From: an uncultured Leptospirales bacterium
Lineage (GTDB): Bacteria > Spirochaetota > UBA4802 > UBA5550
Direction: 5' to 3'
DNA length: 64,000 bases
Assembly (NCBI GenBank): GCA_964450405.1
Contig: CAYVCQ010000010.1
Span: 69,610-133,609, forward strand
The position numbers were made by a program, and so were the translations under genes. Under the pieces are notes generated by a model. That model ran no database searches, had not been told where the DNA came from, and worked only from the letters and a program-made list of their open reading frames with translations. Shown in pieces: positions 57,024 to 64,000 of this stretch. Every line of letters begins with the position of its first letter. The first letter of the stretch is position 1.

Positions 57024-58136
57024 ATGAAACTATCTATAATTAAAAAAGATGACAAAACCTCAGCCAGAGCATGTGAGCTTGAGACTTCCAGAAGTGTAAT
57101 AAAAACCCCTGTGTTTATGCCTGTTGCGACCCGAGGAGCAATCCGTGCGCTCACACAGGCCGATGTCGAAAGCCTTGGATTTGATATTATTCTTGCAAAC
57201 ACATACCATATATATATGCGTCCCGGAACAGATGTGATATCTGCAGCAGGGGGCTTGCATAAATTCATGAATTATGAAAAGTCGCTCCTGACCGACTCCG
57301 GCGGATTTCAGGTTTTTTCGCTGAGCAATCTCTGCAAAGTAAGAGAGGACGGTGTTGAGTTCAGTTCGCATCTTGACGGATCTAAACATTTTTTTACGCC
57401 GGAGAAGGTTCTCGATATTCAAAAGGTAATAGGCTCTGACATAATGATGGTGCTTGATCAGTGTACCGATTATCCGATAGAAAAGAATAAGGCCGTATCT
57501 GCAATGGAAAAAACAATCGCATGGGCAGAGAGATCTAAAATATATTACGACAATACCTTTGACAGGGAACTCCAGGCATGCTTTGCCATTATACAAGGTA
57601 GTGTTTTTACAGATTTGCGGAAAGAGTGTGCAGACAGGCTTGTCGACCTCGATTTCCCCGGATATGCAATCGGAGGATTATCCGTAGGTGAGCCTAAGGA
57701 GATATATCGTGATATCACGGAAAATCTTCTCCCTCATATGCCCGAAAATAAGCCGAGATATATGATGGGTGTCGGAAGCCCGTTAGAAATACTTTTTGCA
57801 ATCCGTCATGGCGTCGATATGTTCGATTGTGTAATGCCCACGCGTATCGCACGTAACGGCACTCTCTATACAACTAACGGACGTGTAAATATTAAAGCTG
57901 CACAGTTTGAAAAGGATTTTGGTCCCCTTGATGAAAACTGCAGCTGTTATGTCTGCAGAAATTTTTCCAGAGCTTATCTGCGTCATATATTCAGGGCGGG
58001 TGAAATAGCTGCTCTTACTTATAACACCTACCACAATCTTCATTTTATGAAACAATTTATGGATGAGATCCGACAGTCAATAATCGATGGAACTTTCAGT
58101 GAAACTGAAGCAAAATGGCTCGCTGTGTTTAGTTAA
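57024..58136 (+). CDS. tgt: Queuine tRNA-ribosyltransferase (tRNA-guanine transglycosylase)
   Basis: Conserved Tgt motifs (TPVFMPVAT, DSGGFQ, LDQCT). Zn-binding CxCxxC...H (CSCYVCRNFSRAYLRH). Confidence 0.9.
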   Translation: MKLSIIKKDDKTSARACELETSRSVIKTPVFMPVATRGAIRALTQADVESLGFDIILANTYHIYMRPGTDVISAAGGLHKFMNYEKSLLTDSGGFQVFSLSNLCKVREDGVEFSSHLDGSKHFFTPEKVLDIQKVIGSDIMMVLDQCTDYPIEKNKAVSAMEKTIAWAERSKIYYDNTFDRELQACFAIIQGSVFTDLRKECADRLVDLDFPGYAIGGLSVGEPKEIYRDITENLLPHMPENKPRYMMGVGSPLEILFAIRHGVDMFDCVMPTRIARNGTLYTTNGRVNIKAAQFEKDFGPLDENCSCYVCRNFSRAYLRHIFRAGEIAALTYNTYHNLHFMKQFMDEIRQSIIDGTFSETEAKWLAVFS

Positions 58137-58363
58137 ATTTTAGTATTATTCCCTTGCTCCCTCCTCGCCAATTTTCAAATAAGAAATCTAATTTTATTTA
58201 TGATTATATAACTTATTATGAAAAAGATTCTGAACAAATCCGGGGGGCTTCCATGGTTTTGAAGAACAATCAATTTTAAAAAAATCTTATACCATTAATA
58301 TTAAAAATTGTATGTTTTTTAAATAAACTATATTAATCTTAATAAAGAATCGTTTTATAAAGC

Positions 58364-58392
58364 TTGACAAGCTATTTAATATGAGATTATAG
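58364..58392 (+). promoter_or_regulatory. Sigma-70-type promoter TTGACA - 17 bp - TTATAG upstream of the second STAS gene
   Basis: Hexamers seen in the sequence. A strong RBS AAGGAGG lies at 58414-58420. Confidence 0.45.
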
Positions 58393-58421
58393 TGTTTACT
58401 ATAGATGTGCTGTAAGGAGGA

Positions 58422-58769
58422 ATGATCTCTATGGACATAAGTTCCAGAGCAAAAGGGGAGGTCGTCATACTTGATATTTCAGGTGAGATTGATTTGTACA
58501 ATGCGCCCGAGATAAAAGATATTATTAACAAGTTGATTGAACAGAAAAGATATAATGTTGTAATTAATCTTAAAGAAGTAACCTATATCGATTCTTCCGG
58601 CATAGGGGCGCTTATTTCGAGTTTATCAAATCTCAAAAAGTATCAGGGGGGATTGAAAATAATCAATGTTTTTGCCTCCGTACGAAAGGTTTTTGAGCTC
58701 ACAAAGTTGACATCATTTTTTGATATTTATGATAATGAAGATGATTCCGTTAAGGCTTTCCAGCAGTAA
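58422..58769 (+). CDS. STAS-domain anti-sigma-factor antagonist (paralog of 27303-27626)
   Basis: STAS consensus with YIDSSGIGAL. RBS spacing favours the internal ATG at 58431 (MDISSRAKGEVV...) as the true start. Confidence 0.85.
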   Translation: MISMDISSRAKGEVVILDISGEIDLYNAPEIKDIINKLIEQKRYNVVINLKEVTYIDSSGIGALISSLSNLKKYQGGLKIINVFASVRKVFELTKLTSFFDIYDNEDDSVKAFQQ

Positions 58770-58803
58770 TTTTTTTAAGATATTTTAATACAGAGGTTTA
58801 ACT

Positions 58804-60030
58804 ATGAAACTAAAATTTGCAACCGCATTGGTATTGTTTTTAACTTTTTTTCTTGCAGCATGTGAGGATAAAATTCCAATTAAAGAATTCTCAAAGGCAA
58901 AAGAAGCTATCGATTTAGCTCTATCTGTTAAGGCTGACCAGTATAGCCCGGCAGAACTAAAAGAGGCTAATGATCAGCTGATAAAGGCTCATGAGGTCTT
59001 AATAAAAGACGATAAGCTTGATGATTCAGTTAAAAATTCTGAACAGTCATATGTTAAAGCAATGGAAGCTTACAATAAATCTGCAGTTCTTTTCGCAGCT
59101 GATGCACTTAAGAAAGCGGATGATGCAATCACTGCCGCTGATGTTGTGTATGCTGAGAAACTCTCTCCTGAACTTTATACTCAGGCAAAAGAATTATACA
59201 CTCAGGCAAATGAGAAATTCGAAGCTAAAGATTACATGGCTTCAAATGCGCTTTCTGTAGAGTCGTACAAAAAAGCTGTAAAAGCGAAAGAGGAGTCTCT
59301 TGATAATAAGTTTCAGCTTCAGGTTAAAATCGACGAGGTACACGCTACTTTATCAAAAATTGAGCAGTATGATTATGAAGAGTATGCCGGTGAAAAATAT
59401 AGTATAGCAAAAACTAAAACTGCAGTTGCAGAGAAGGGCTTCAGCAGTGATGCACTGAAAGAAGGTTTTGAATCTATTGAGACAGCTAAAATTAACGCTG
59501 ATGAAGCCTATACATTGACAATGGACGGAGTTACTTCCAGAAAGTTGACTGAGGCAGAAGATGTTGTTAGTGAAGCAGAAAACTCCAAGGGTGCCGCATC
59601 TGCTCAGGAGGATCTTGCTGCTGCTAAAGAAGCGCTTAATAATGCTAAAAATCTTAAAAGCAACGGAAGTTATGAAGAATCTATAACGTATTCAAACGAA
59701 GCTATCAGACTTGGAAATAGTGTTATAGAAGAAGGAAAAAAATCTAATGTCGCTGTAAAAAATCAGAATACAGATGCTGATAAAGACAAAGACAAAGATA
59801 AAGTTGTATCAACAAAAACTAAAAGCGGATTTGTAGAAGAAGATGAGAACTACTATTACTACAAAGCGAAATCATGGGAAAAGTATAAAGAGTGTCTTTC
59901 ACGAATAGCAGAGAAATATTATAAAAATGCAAAAGCGTGGAAAGGTATCCAGAAAGCTAATAAAAATATTAAAAATCCGGATTTAATCCAGCCGGGACAG
60001 ATTATAAGAGTACCAAAAGTAAGAAAATAG
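58804..60030 (+). CDS. Lipoprotein with a helical Ala/Lys/Glu-rich body and a C-terminal LysM domain
   Basis: Lipobox (FLAAC). C-terminal LysM pattern (KECLSRIAEKYY ... WKGIQKAN ... IQPGQIIRVP). Confidence 0.6.
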   Translation: MKLKFATALVLFLTFFLAACEDKIPIKEFSKAKEAIDLALSVKADQYSPAELKEANDQLIKAHEVLIKDDKLDDSVKNSEQSYVKAMEAYNKSAVLFAADALKKADDAITAADVVYAEKLSPELYTQAKELYTQANEKFEAKDYMASNALSVESYKKAVKAKEESLDNKFQLQVKIDEVHATLSKIEQYDYEEYAGEKYSIAKTKTAVAEKGFSSDALKEGFESIETAKINADEAYTLTMDGVTSRKLTEAEDVVSEAENSKGAASAQEDLAAAKEALNNAKNLKSNGSYEESITYSNEAIRLGNSVIEEGKKSNVAVKNQNTDADKDKDKDKVVSTKTKSGFVEEDENYYYYKAKSWEKYKECLSRIAEKYYKNAKAWKGIQKANKNIKNPDLIQPGQIIRVPKVRK

Positions 60031-60068
60031 ATAAAAAGTAATACAGGTTGGTGCAGATCTGATCAATT

Positions 60069-61061
60069 ATGAGCCAGAGATATAATAATAGCGACTTTAA
60101 TGATGCGGATGATGATAGAAATCCCGATGCAGCGCGGTCTCATTCCAGAGATGATGTAATGGATGAGGCTGAGATGCAGGAGGATTCAGATCTTAAAAAT
60201 GAAGATAATGTAAAAAGCTCGGGAAAAGATTTTACTGATTCCTCAATTTCATGGTATCTGGATCAGATTAACAGAATTCCTCTCTTAACAAGAGTACAGG
60301 AAGATACACTGGCCAGGGCTTCAAGAGACGGCAGTGAAAAGGCCAAAGATGAATTAATCAAATCTAATCTTCGTTTTGTTGTGTCCATTGCCAAGAAATA
60401 TCAGACCAGCGGTATATCCCTTCTTGATCTTATCAATGAAGGGAATCTTGGATTAATTAAAGCAGCTGAGAAATTCGATCCCGATAGAGGTTTTCATTTT
60501 ATCTCTTACGCTGTATGGTGGATAAGACAATCCATAATGCTTGCGATTTCACAGAAAGCATCGCTTATAAGACTCCCGCTGAACAGAACTGCTGATCTTC
60601 AGAAAATTGAAAGAGTCCACAAGAAACTTGAAAATAAATTCGGTCGTGAACCCTCTGCCAGTGAAATTGCAGAAGAGCTCGATATGGATAATGAAGAAAT
60701 TAATCATCTTCGTAATATAACCCAGGATTTTGTTTCTCTCGATTCAACTCTTGGTGATTCAGAAGATACAACAATACTCGATATGATAGTTGACCCGAAG
60801 GCCGACTCACCCGATGAGCATGTCTTTGAGGAGTCTCTTGTTAACTCGCTTAACGAGGTTCTTGCAACTCTTACAGATTCCGAAAAAGAGATTCTCTGTA
60901 TGAGATACGGACTTAACGGATACGAACCTATGTCTCTTCAGCAGATAGGGGACAAGTTCAATCTTTCTAAAGAGAGAATCAGGCAGATTGAGAAAAAGGC
61001 AATAAGGCGGCTACGTCACCCTTCGAGAAGCAGCAAATTAAAAAGTTTTATGCAGGACTAA
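60069..61061 (+). CDS. RNA polymerase sigma factor, sigma-70 family (RpoD/SigA-like, group 1/2)
   Basis: Region 1.2-2 (YLDQINRIPLLT ... NLRFVVSIAKKY ... DLINEGNLGLIKAAEKFD ... YAVWWIRQSI). Region 3 (IRLP). Region 4 helix-turn-helix (SLQQIGDKFNLSKERIRQIEKKAIRRLR). Acidic N-terminal extension. Confidence 0.85.
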   Translation: MSQRYNNSDFNDADDDRNPDAARSHSRDDVMDEAEMQEDSDLKNEDNVKSSGKDFTDSSISWYLDQINRIPLLTRVQEDTLARASRDGSEKAKDELIKSNLRFVVSIAKKYQTSGISLLDLINEGNLGLIKAAEKFDPDRGFHFISYAVWWIRQSIMLAISQKASLIRLPLNRTADLQKIERVHKKLENKFGREPSASEIAEELDMDNEEINHLRNITQDFVSLDSTLGDSEDTTILDMIVDPKADSPDEHVFEESLVNSLNEVLATLTDSEKEILCMRYGLNGYEPMSLQQIGDKFNLSKERIRQIEKKAIRRLRHPSRSSKLKSFMQD

Positions 61062-61065
61062 AAAA

Positions 61066-62142
61066 ATGAGATATCTTTTTGCAGGAATTCTGGCGGGGGC
61101 ACTTGCCGGTATATTCTTTTTCCAGGGAGTTTCAGCTTCTGAAATTATTCCCGAATTTTATAATTCACTGGCAGCACTTGAAATAAAAGCAAATTCTGAT
61201 AATCGTAAACTCCCCGAATCTTTCGTACTGCCCATGGATGGTAAAGCATTTCTCATCGATACATCAGGTAATGCAGTTAAAAAGGTTGAATTTAAAGGTT
61301 CACTTGTGGAATTAAGCGGTAATGGAAATTTCTATATAGAGTATGGGCAGGTCGGTACAAAGATAGGTCTTTTCGGAATTGACGGTGAAAGATACTGGCA
61401 GAAGGATTCCATGGAGAAACCTTTTCTGTCGTATAACGGAAAGCTTATTTTTCTTCTGAACGGAGATCATAGCGGATTAAGAATTTTTGACACCAACGGC
61501 AACACCGTGGGAACCGGTCAAATTACCGGAAGACTATGTACATCTGTTGAGTTTTCAGAAAAGAATGACTTTGGTGCCTGCGGATTTATCGATGGATCGT
61601 ATCATTTTATTAATCAGGATGGAGTTGTCATCAATAGCGGAACATCTCCGGCGGGAACGGCTGTCAAAGGGATCAGAATCAGCAGTAATGGAAAGTACGG
61701 TTTTGTACATTACGGCAATACAGTGAAAGATGGTGTAAGAATTGTCGACATTGCAGGTAAAGACTTTGATGATTCAGAAATCGAAAATGTTCATCCTGTT
61801 AAAACAGCAATGAATATATCTGATGAAGGATATGGCGCAATTTTTGATAATGACAAAGTTCTGCTTTTTGACGATGACTGTGATCTGCAGTTTAAACTCA
61901 ATGTTCCTAAGAAAAGGGCAGGTTTTTCCACATTGGCGCTTGAAAATGGAATTTATGCACTCGGCTATACAAAAATTACCGGTGAATCGCAGCTGATTGT
62001 TTTTCGAAAAAGCGGGGAGATATTTTATACAAAAGAGTATCCCGGTGAGTCTTTCTTGAGCAGCAGTATCAAAGATGGACTTATATTTCTAAGAGGTTCG
62101 GATAATCTGTTTGCTTATAGAATCCAGCTTCAAGCTGAGTGA
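61066..62142 (+). CDS. Hypothetical secreted beta-rich protein (358 aa)
   Basis: Signal peptide, with Gly/Asp-rich repetitive beta-strand segments suggesting a propeller- or sandwich-like fold. No catalytic motif. Confidence 0.4.
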   Translation: MRYLFAGILAGALAGIFFFQGVSASEIIPEFYNSLAALEIKANSDNRKLPESFVLPMDGKAFLIDTSGNAVKKVEFKGSLVELSGNGNFYIEYGQVGTKIGLFGIDGERYWQKDSMEKPFLSYNGKLIFLLNGDHSGLRIFDTNGNTVGTGQITGRLCTSVEFSEKNDFGACGFIDGSYHFINQDGVVINSGTSPAGTAVKGIRISSNGKYGFVHYGNTVKDGVRIVDIAGKDFDDSEIENVHPVKTAMNISDEGYGAIFDNDKVLLFDDDCDLQFKLNVPKKRAGFSTLALENGIYALGYTKITGESQLIVFRKSGEIFYTKEYPGESFLSSSIKDGLIFLRGSDNLFAYRIQLQAE

Positions 62143-62953
62143 TTATATTCATTAATATTTTCGACTGAGTTTCATTTCCTCTTTTATCTGATCCGTTCAG
62201 CAGAATTTTCCCTTTCTTTATCGCGTTATCTACTGTGGCCATTCTATATGATATATTCATCTTCTCACCGGAGTTATCAAGCAGTTTAAGAATTGAATAA
62301 AGCCTGAATCTGTCCATCCCCCAGAATGATGAAGAGAGCTGATCATCGTGACCGGCATATCTCGTTATGAGTTTCTCTCTTATCAGACCAATCTCCTCAA
62401 AGGGAGTAATTCGCAACCATAGATCGTAATCTTCACAAGCCGGGAGTTTTTCATCAAAGAGACCATATTTATTAAAAATTTCTCTTGAGATGCAGACTGA
62501 TGAGGGGCTTATCATACATAAATCGAGGGACTGCGGGAATATTTTTCCATCTGTCTTTAAATGCTTTACTCCCGGATTGACTCTTACACCGTTTCTAATC
62601 CATATATCTTCAGTCTGATGTAATAGTATCTGCGGGTTCTTCGCAATAAATTCCCGGTGTTTACTAAGTTTTTTTTTATCCCATGTGTCATCGGAGTCAA
62701 GCAGTGTAATGTTTGGAGCGCAGCTTGATACAATTCCTTTGTTCCGGGCCGCACTGACTCCTGAATTTTCCTGAAAGATATAGGTAATCCGGTTGGAGTA
62801 TTCATCTGCAAAGGATGATGTTCCGTCATCCGATCCATCATCAACAACGATTAGTTCAAAATCAATATCACTCTGAGCAAGAACAGAATCAATGGCATTT
62901 TTTAATTTCTCTTTTCTGTTGTAAGATGGAATTATTACACTAAAATAAGGCAT
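62081..62953 (-). CDS. Family 2 glycosyltransferase
   Basis: GT-A N-terminus (FSVIIPSYNRKEKLKNAIDSVLAQS ... ELIVVDDGSDDGT) and DxD-type motifs. Confidence 0.85.
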   Translation of the reverse strand: MPYFSVIIPSYNRKEKLKNAIDSVLAQSDIDFELIVVDDGSDDGTSSFADEYSNRITYIFQENSGVSAARNKGIVSSCAPNITLLDSDDTWDKKKLSKHREFIAKNPQILLHQTEDIWIRNGVRVNPGVKHLKTDGKIFPQSLDLCMISPSSVCISREIFNKYGLFDEKLPACEDYDLWLRITPFEEIGLIREKLITRYAGHDDQLSSSFWGMDRFRLYSILKLLDNSGEKMNISYRMATVDNAIKKGKILLNGSDKRGNETQSKILMNIITQLEAGFYKQTDYPNLLEI

Positions 62954-63382
62954 CTATAAGTAATAAAGTTCACTATCGGAAATGATCGAAAAGCCCGCTT
63001 CTTTAAGAATTTTCTCAGTAAGCGGTATATCCTCAACCTGAAATACGAAAACAGCCTGATTCTTTTCTCGAATTGTAAAACCATATGCATCTTCAACATT
63101 AATATTTCTGTTTGATAGCAATGCTGCTGCTTTATGCAAACCTCCGGGAGTGTCGTCAATTGTTATTGCTACAATATCCTTTAGTGTTGAAGTGATACCT
63201 TCATTCTTGAGACATTCATTACCCTCGGCCGGTTTGTCAAGAAGGAGTTTTATGATTCCGTAATCGCCGGAGTCAGATATTGTTATAGCTCTTATATTAA
63301 TATTATTTCTGCTCAAGACTTCGGTTATCCTGCTTATTTTACCCGGTTTATTTTCTGCGAATACAGATACCTGATGTGGCAT
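62954..63382 (-). CDS. ACT-domain protein (tandem ACT)
   Basis: Two ACT-like beta-alpha-beta-beta-alpha-beta units (VSVFAENKPGKISRITEVLSRNNINIRAI). It is adjacent to a PaaK-like ligase, a common pairing. Confidence 0.65.
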   Translation of the reverse strand: MPHQVSVFAENKPGKISRITEVLSRNNINIRAITISDSGDYGIIKLLLDKPAEGNECLKNEGITSTLKDIVAITIDDTPGGLHKAAALLSNRNINVEDAYGFTIREKNQAVFVFQVEDIPLTEKILKEAGFSIISDSELYYL

Positions 63383-63391
63383 AACTCCCCC

Positions 63392-64000
63392 CTATATTAT
63401 CCTTTTATCAATTACTCTTTTTGCTTTACCTTCACTGGGCGGAAGTGATCCGGGCTCCATGAATTCAACTTTCGGATTAATGACAATCAGCGCGCGGAGT
63501 TTTTCAACAATATCTTTGTTGAGCCTCTGCAATGCCTTGATATCACCCTGGAAAAGTTTGGAATATAATTCCACTTGAATATGCATTTTATCAAGTCCCT
63601 CTTCTCTATTCATAACTATGACATAATTATTTCCGACTTCAGGAATATTCATTAGAACGGATTCTATCTGGGATGGAAATACATTCACACCTCCGACAAT
63701 AATCAGGTCATCTGTTCGTCCCATGATTCTTTCTATTCTTCTGTGAGTCTTTCCGCATTTGCACTGCTCGGGAATTATGCGGGTACGGTCTCTTGTTCTG
63801 TACCTTATTATAGGCATAGCATCTCTGTATATGTGAGTAAGTACGAGTTCACCCTCTTCTCCATCGGGGAGCTGTTCACATGTTTCAGGATCAATAATCT
63901 CTGCGATATAGTAATCTTCACAAAGATGCATGCCCCCCTTGTAAATACAGTCTGCTGCAACGCCCGGGCCGTTCATTTCGGAGAGCCCGTACATGTTATA
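63392..64000 (-). CDS. paaK: Phenylacetate-CoA ligase (PaaK / coenzyme F390 synthetase family), C-terminal part; N-terminus lies beyond the window
   Basis: PaaK C-terminal motifs (YGLSEMNGPGVAADC ... IRYRTRDRTRI ... GRTDDLIIVGGVNVFPSQIE). The minus-strand ORF stays open to the window edge. Confidence 0.75.
   Translation of the reverse strand, partial: YNMYGLSEMNGPGVAADCIYKGGMHLCEDYYIAEIIDPETCEQLPDGEEGELVLTHIYRDAMPIIRYRTRDRTRIIPEQCKCGKTHRRIERIMGRTDDLIIVGGVNVFPSQIESVLMNIPEVGNNYVIVMNREEGLDKMHIQVELYSKLFQGDIKALQRLNKDIVEKLRALIVINPKVEFMEPGSLPPSEGKAKRVIDKRII

Overview
This 64 kb window is low-GC (about 35-38% by eye), gene-dense chromosomal DNA from a diderm (outer-membrane-bearing) bacterium. The diderm call rests on BamA/Skp, SecDF-YajC, a TolC-like protein and an RND pump; taxon is uncertain (FCB-group or candidate-phylum-like). 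I found no rRNA, tRNA, CRISPR array, transposase, integrase or phage gene by reading the sequence and the ORF track.

Housekeeping blocks:
- envelope and secretion: bamA 3' end, skp, an L,D-transpeptidase, yajC-secD-secF
- riboflavin: ribD-ribE
- a Gfo/Idh/MocA oxidoreductase next to a type-I glutamine synthetase
- arginine biosynthesis: argD-argF-argG
- rsmI, tgt and a sigma-70 family factor
- an RND efflux operon (membrane-fusion protein, pump, TolC-like)
- a GT2 glycosyltransferase, an ACT-domain protein and a partial PaaK at the right edge

The most unusual content is regulatory and accessory:
1. A dense partner-switching and two-component neighbourhood. It holds two STAS anti-sigma-antagonist paralogs, two RsbU/SpoIIE-type PP2C phosphatases (one inside a 1784-aa PAS-HK-REC-PP2C giant) and a PAS-HK-REC-HPt hybrid kinase. 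It also has a REC protein with a STAS-like tail. No RsbW-type anti-sigma kinase is visible.
2. A minus-strand operon encoding a CPA2 cation/proton antiporter fused to a PTS EIIA(Ntr) domain, an 805-aa membrane protein with a LysM-like tail, and a 192-aa protein. The last two have no recognisable family.
3. A BrnT/BrnA-like toxin-antitoxin pair with a palindromic operator sitting in its promoter.
4. A MoxR AAA+ / VWA (CoxD/CoxE-like) pair whose intergenic spacer carries a MITE-like element.
5. Two copies of a novel ~100-160 bp MITE-like element with perfect 10-bp terminal inverted repeats (GTCATTCCGG...CCGGAATGAC). A related 12-nt tandem array (AATGACAAATAG-like) lies immediately upstream of the RsbU-like sensor gene, bracketed by 15-bp inverted repeats.
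6. A family of GC-rich CGCGCC...GGCGCG hairpins and other strong hairpins in intergenic regions.
7. An orphan B12-binding radical SAM enzyme between secreted hypotheticals.

All functional calls are from motif-level reading of the translations. No database search was run.
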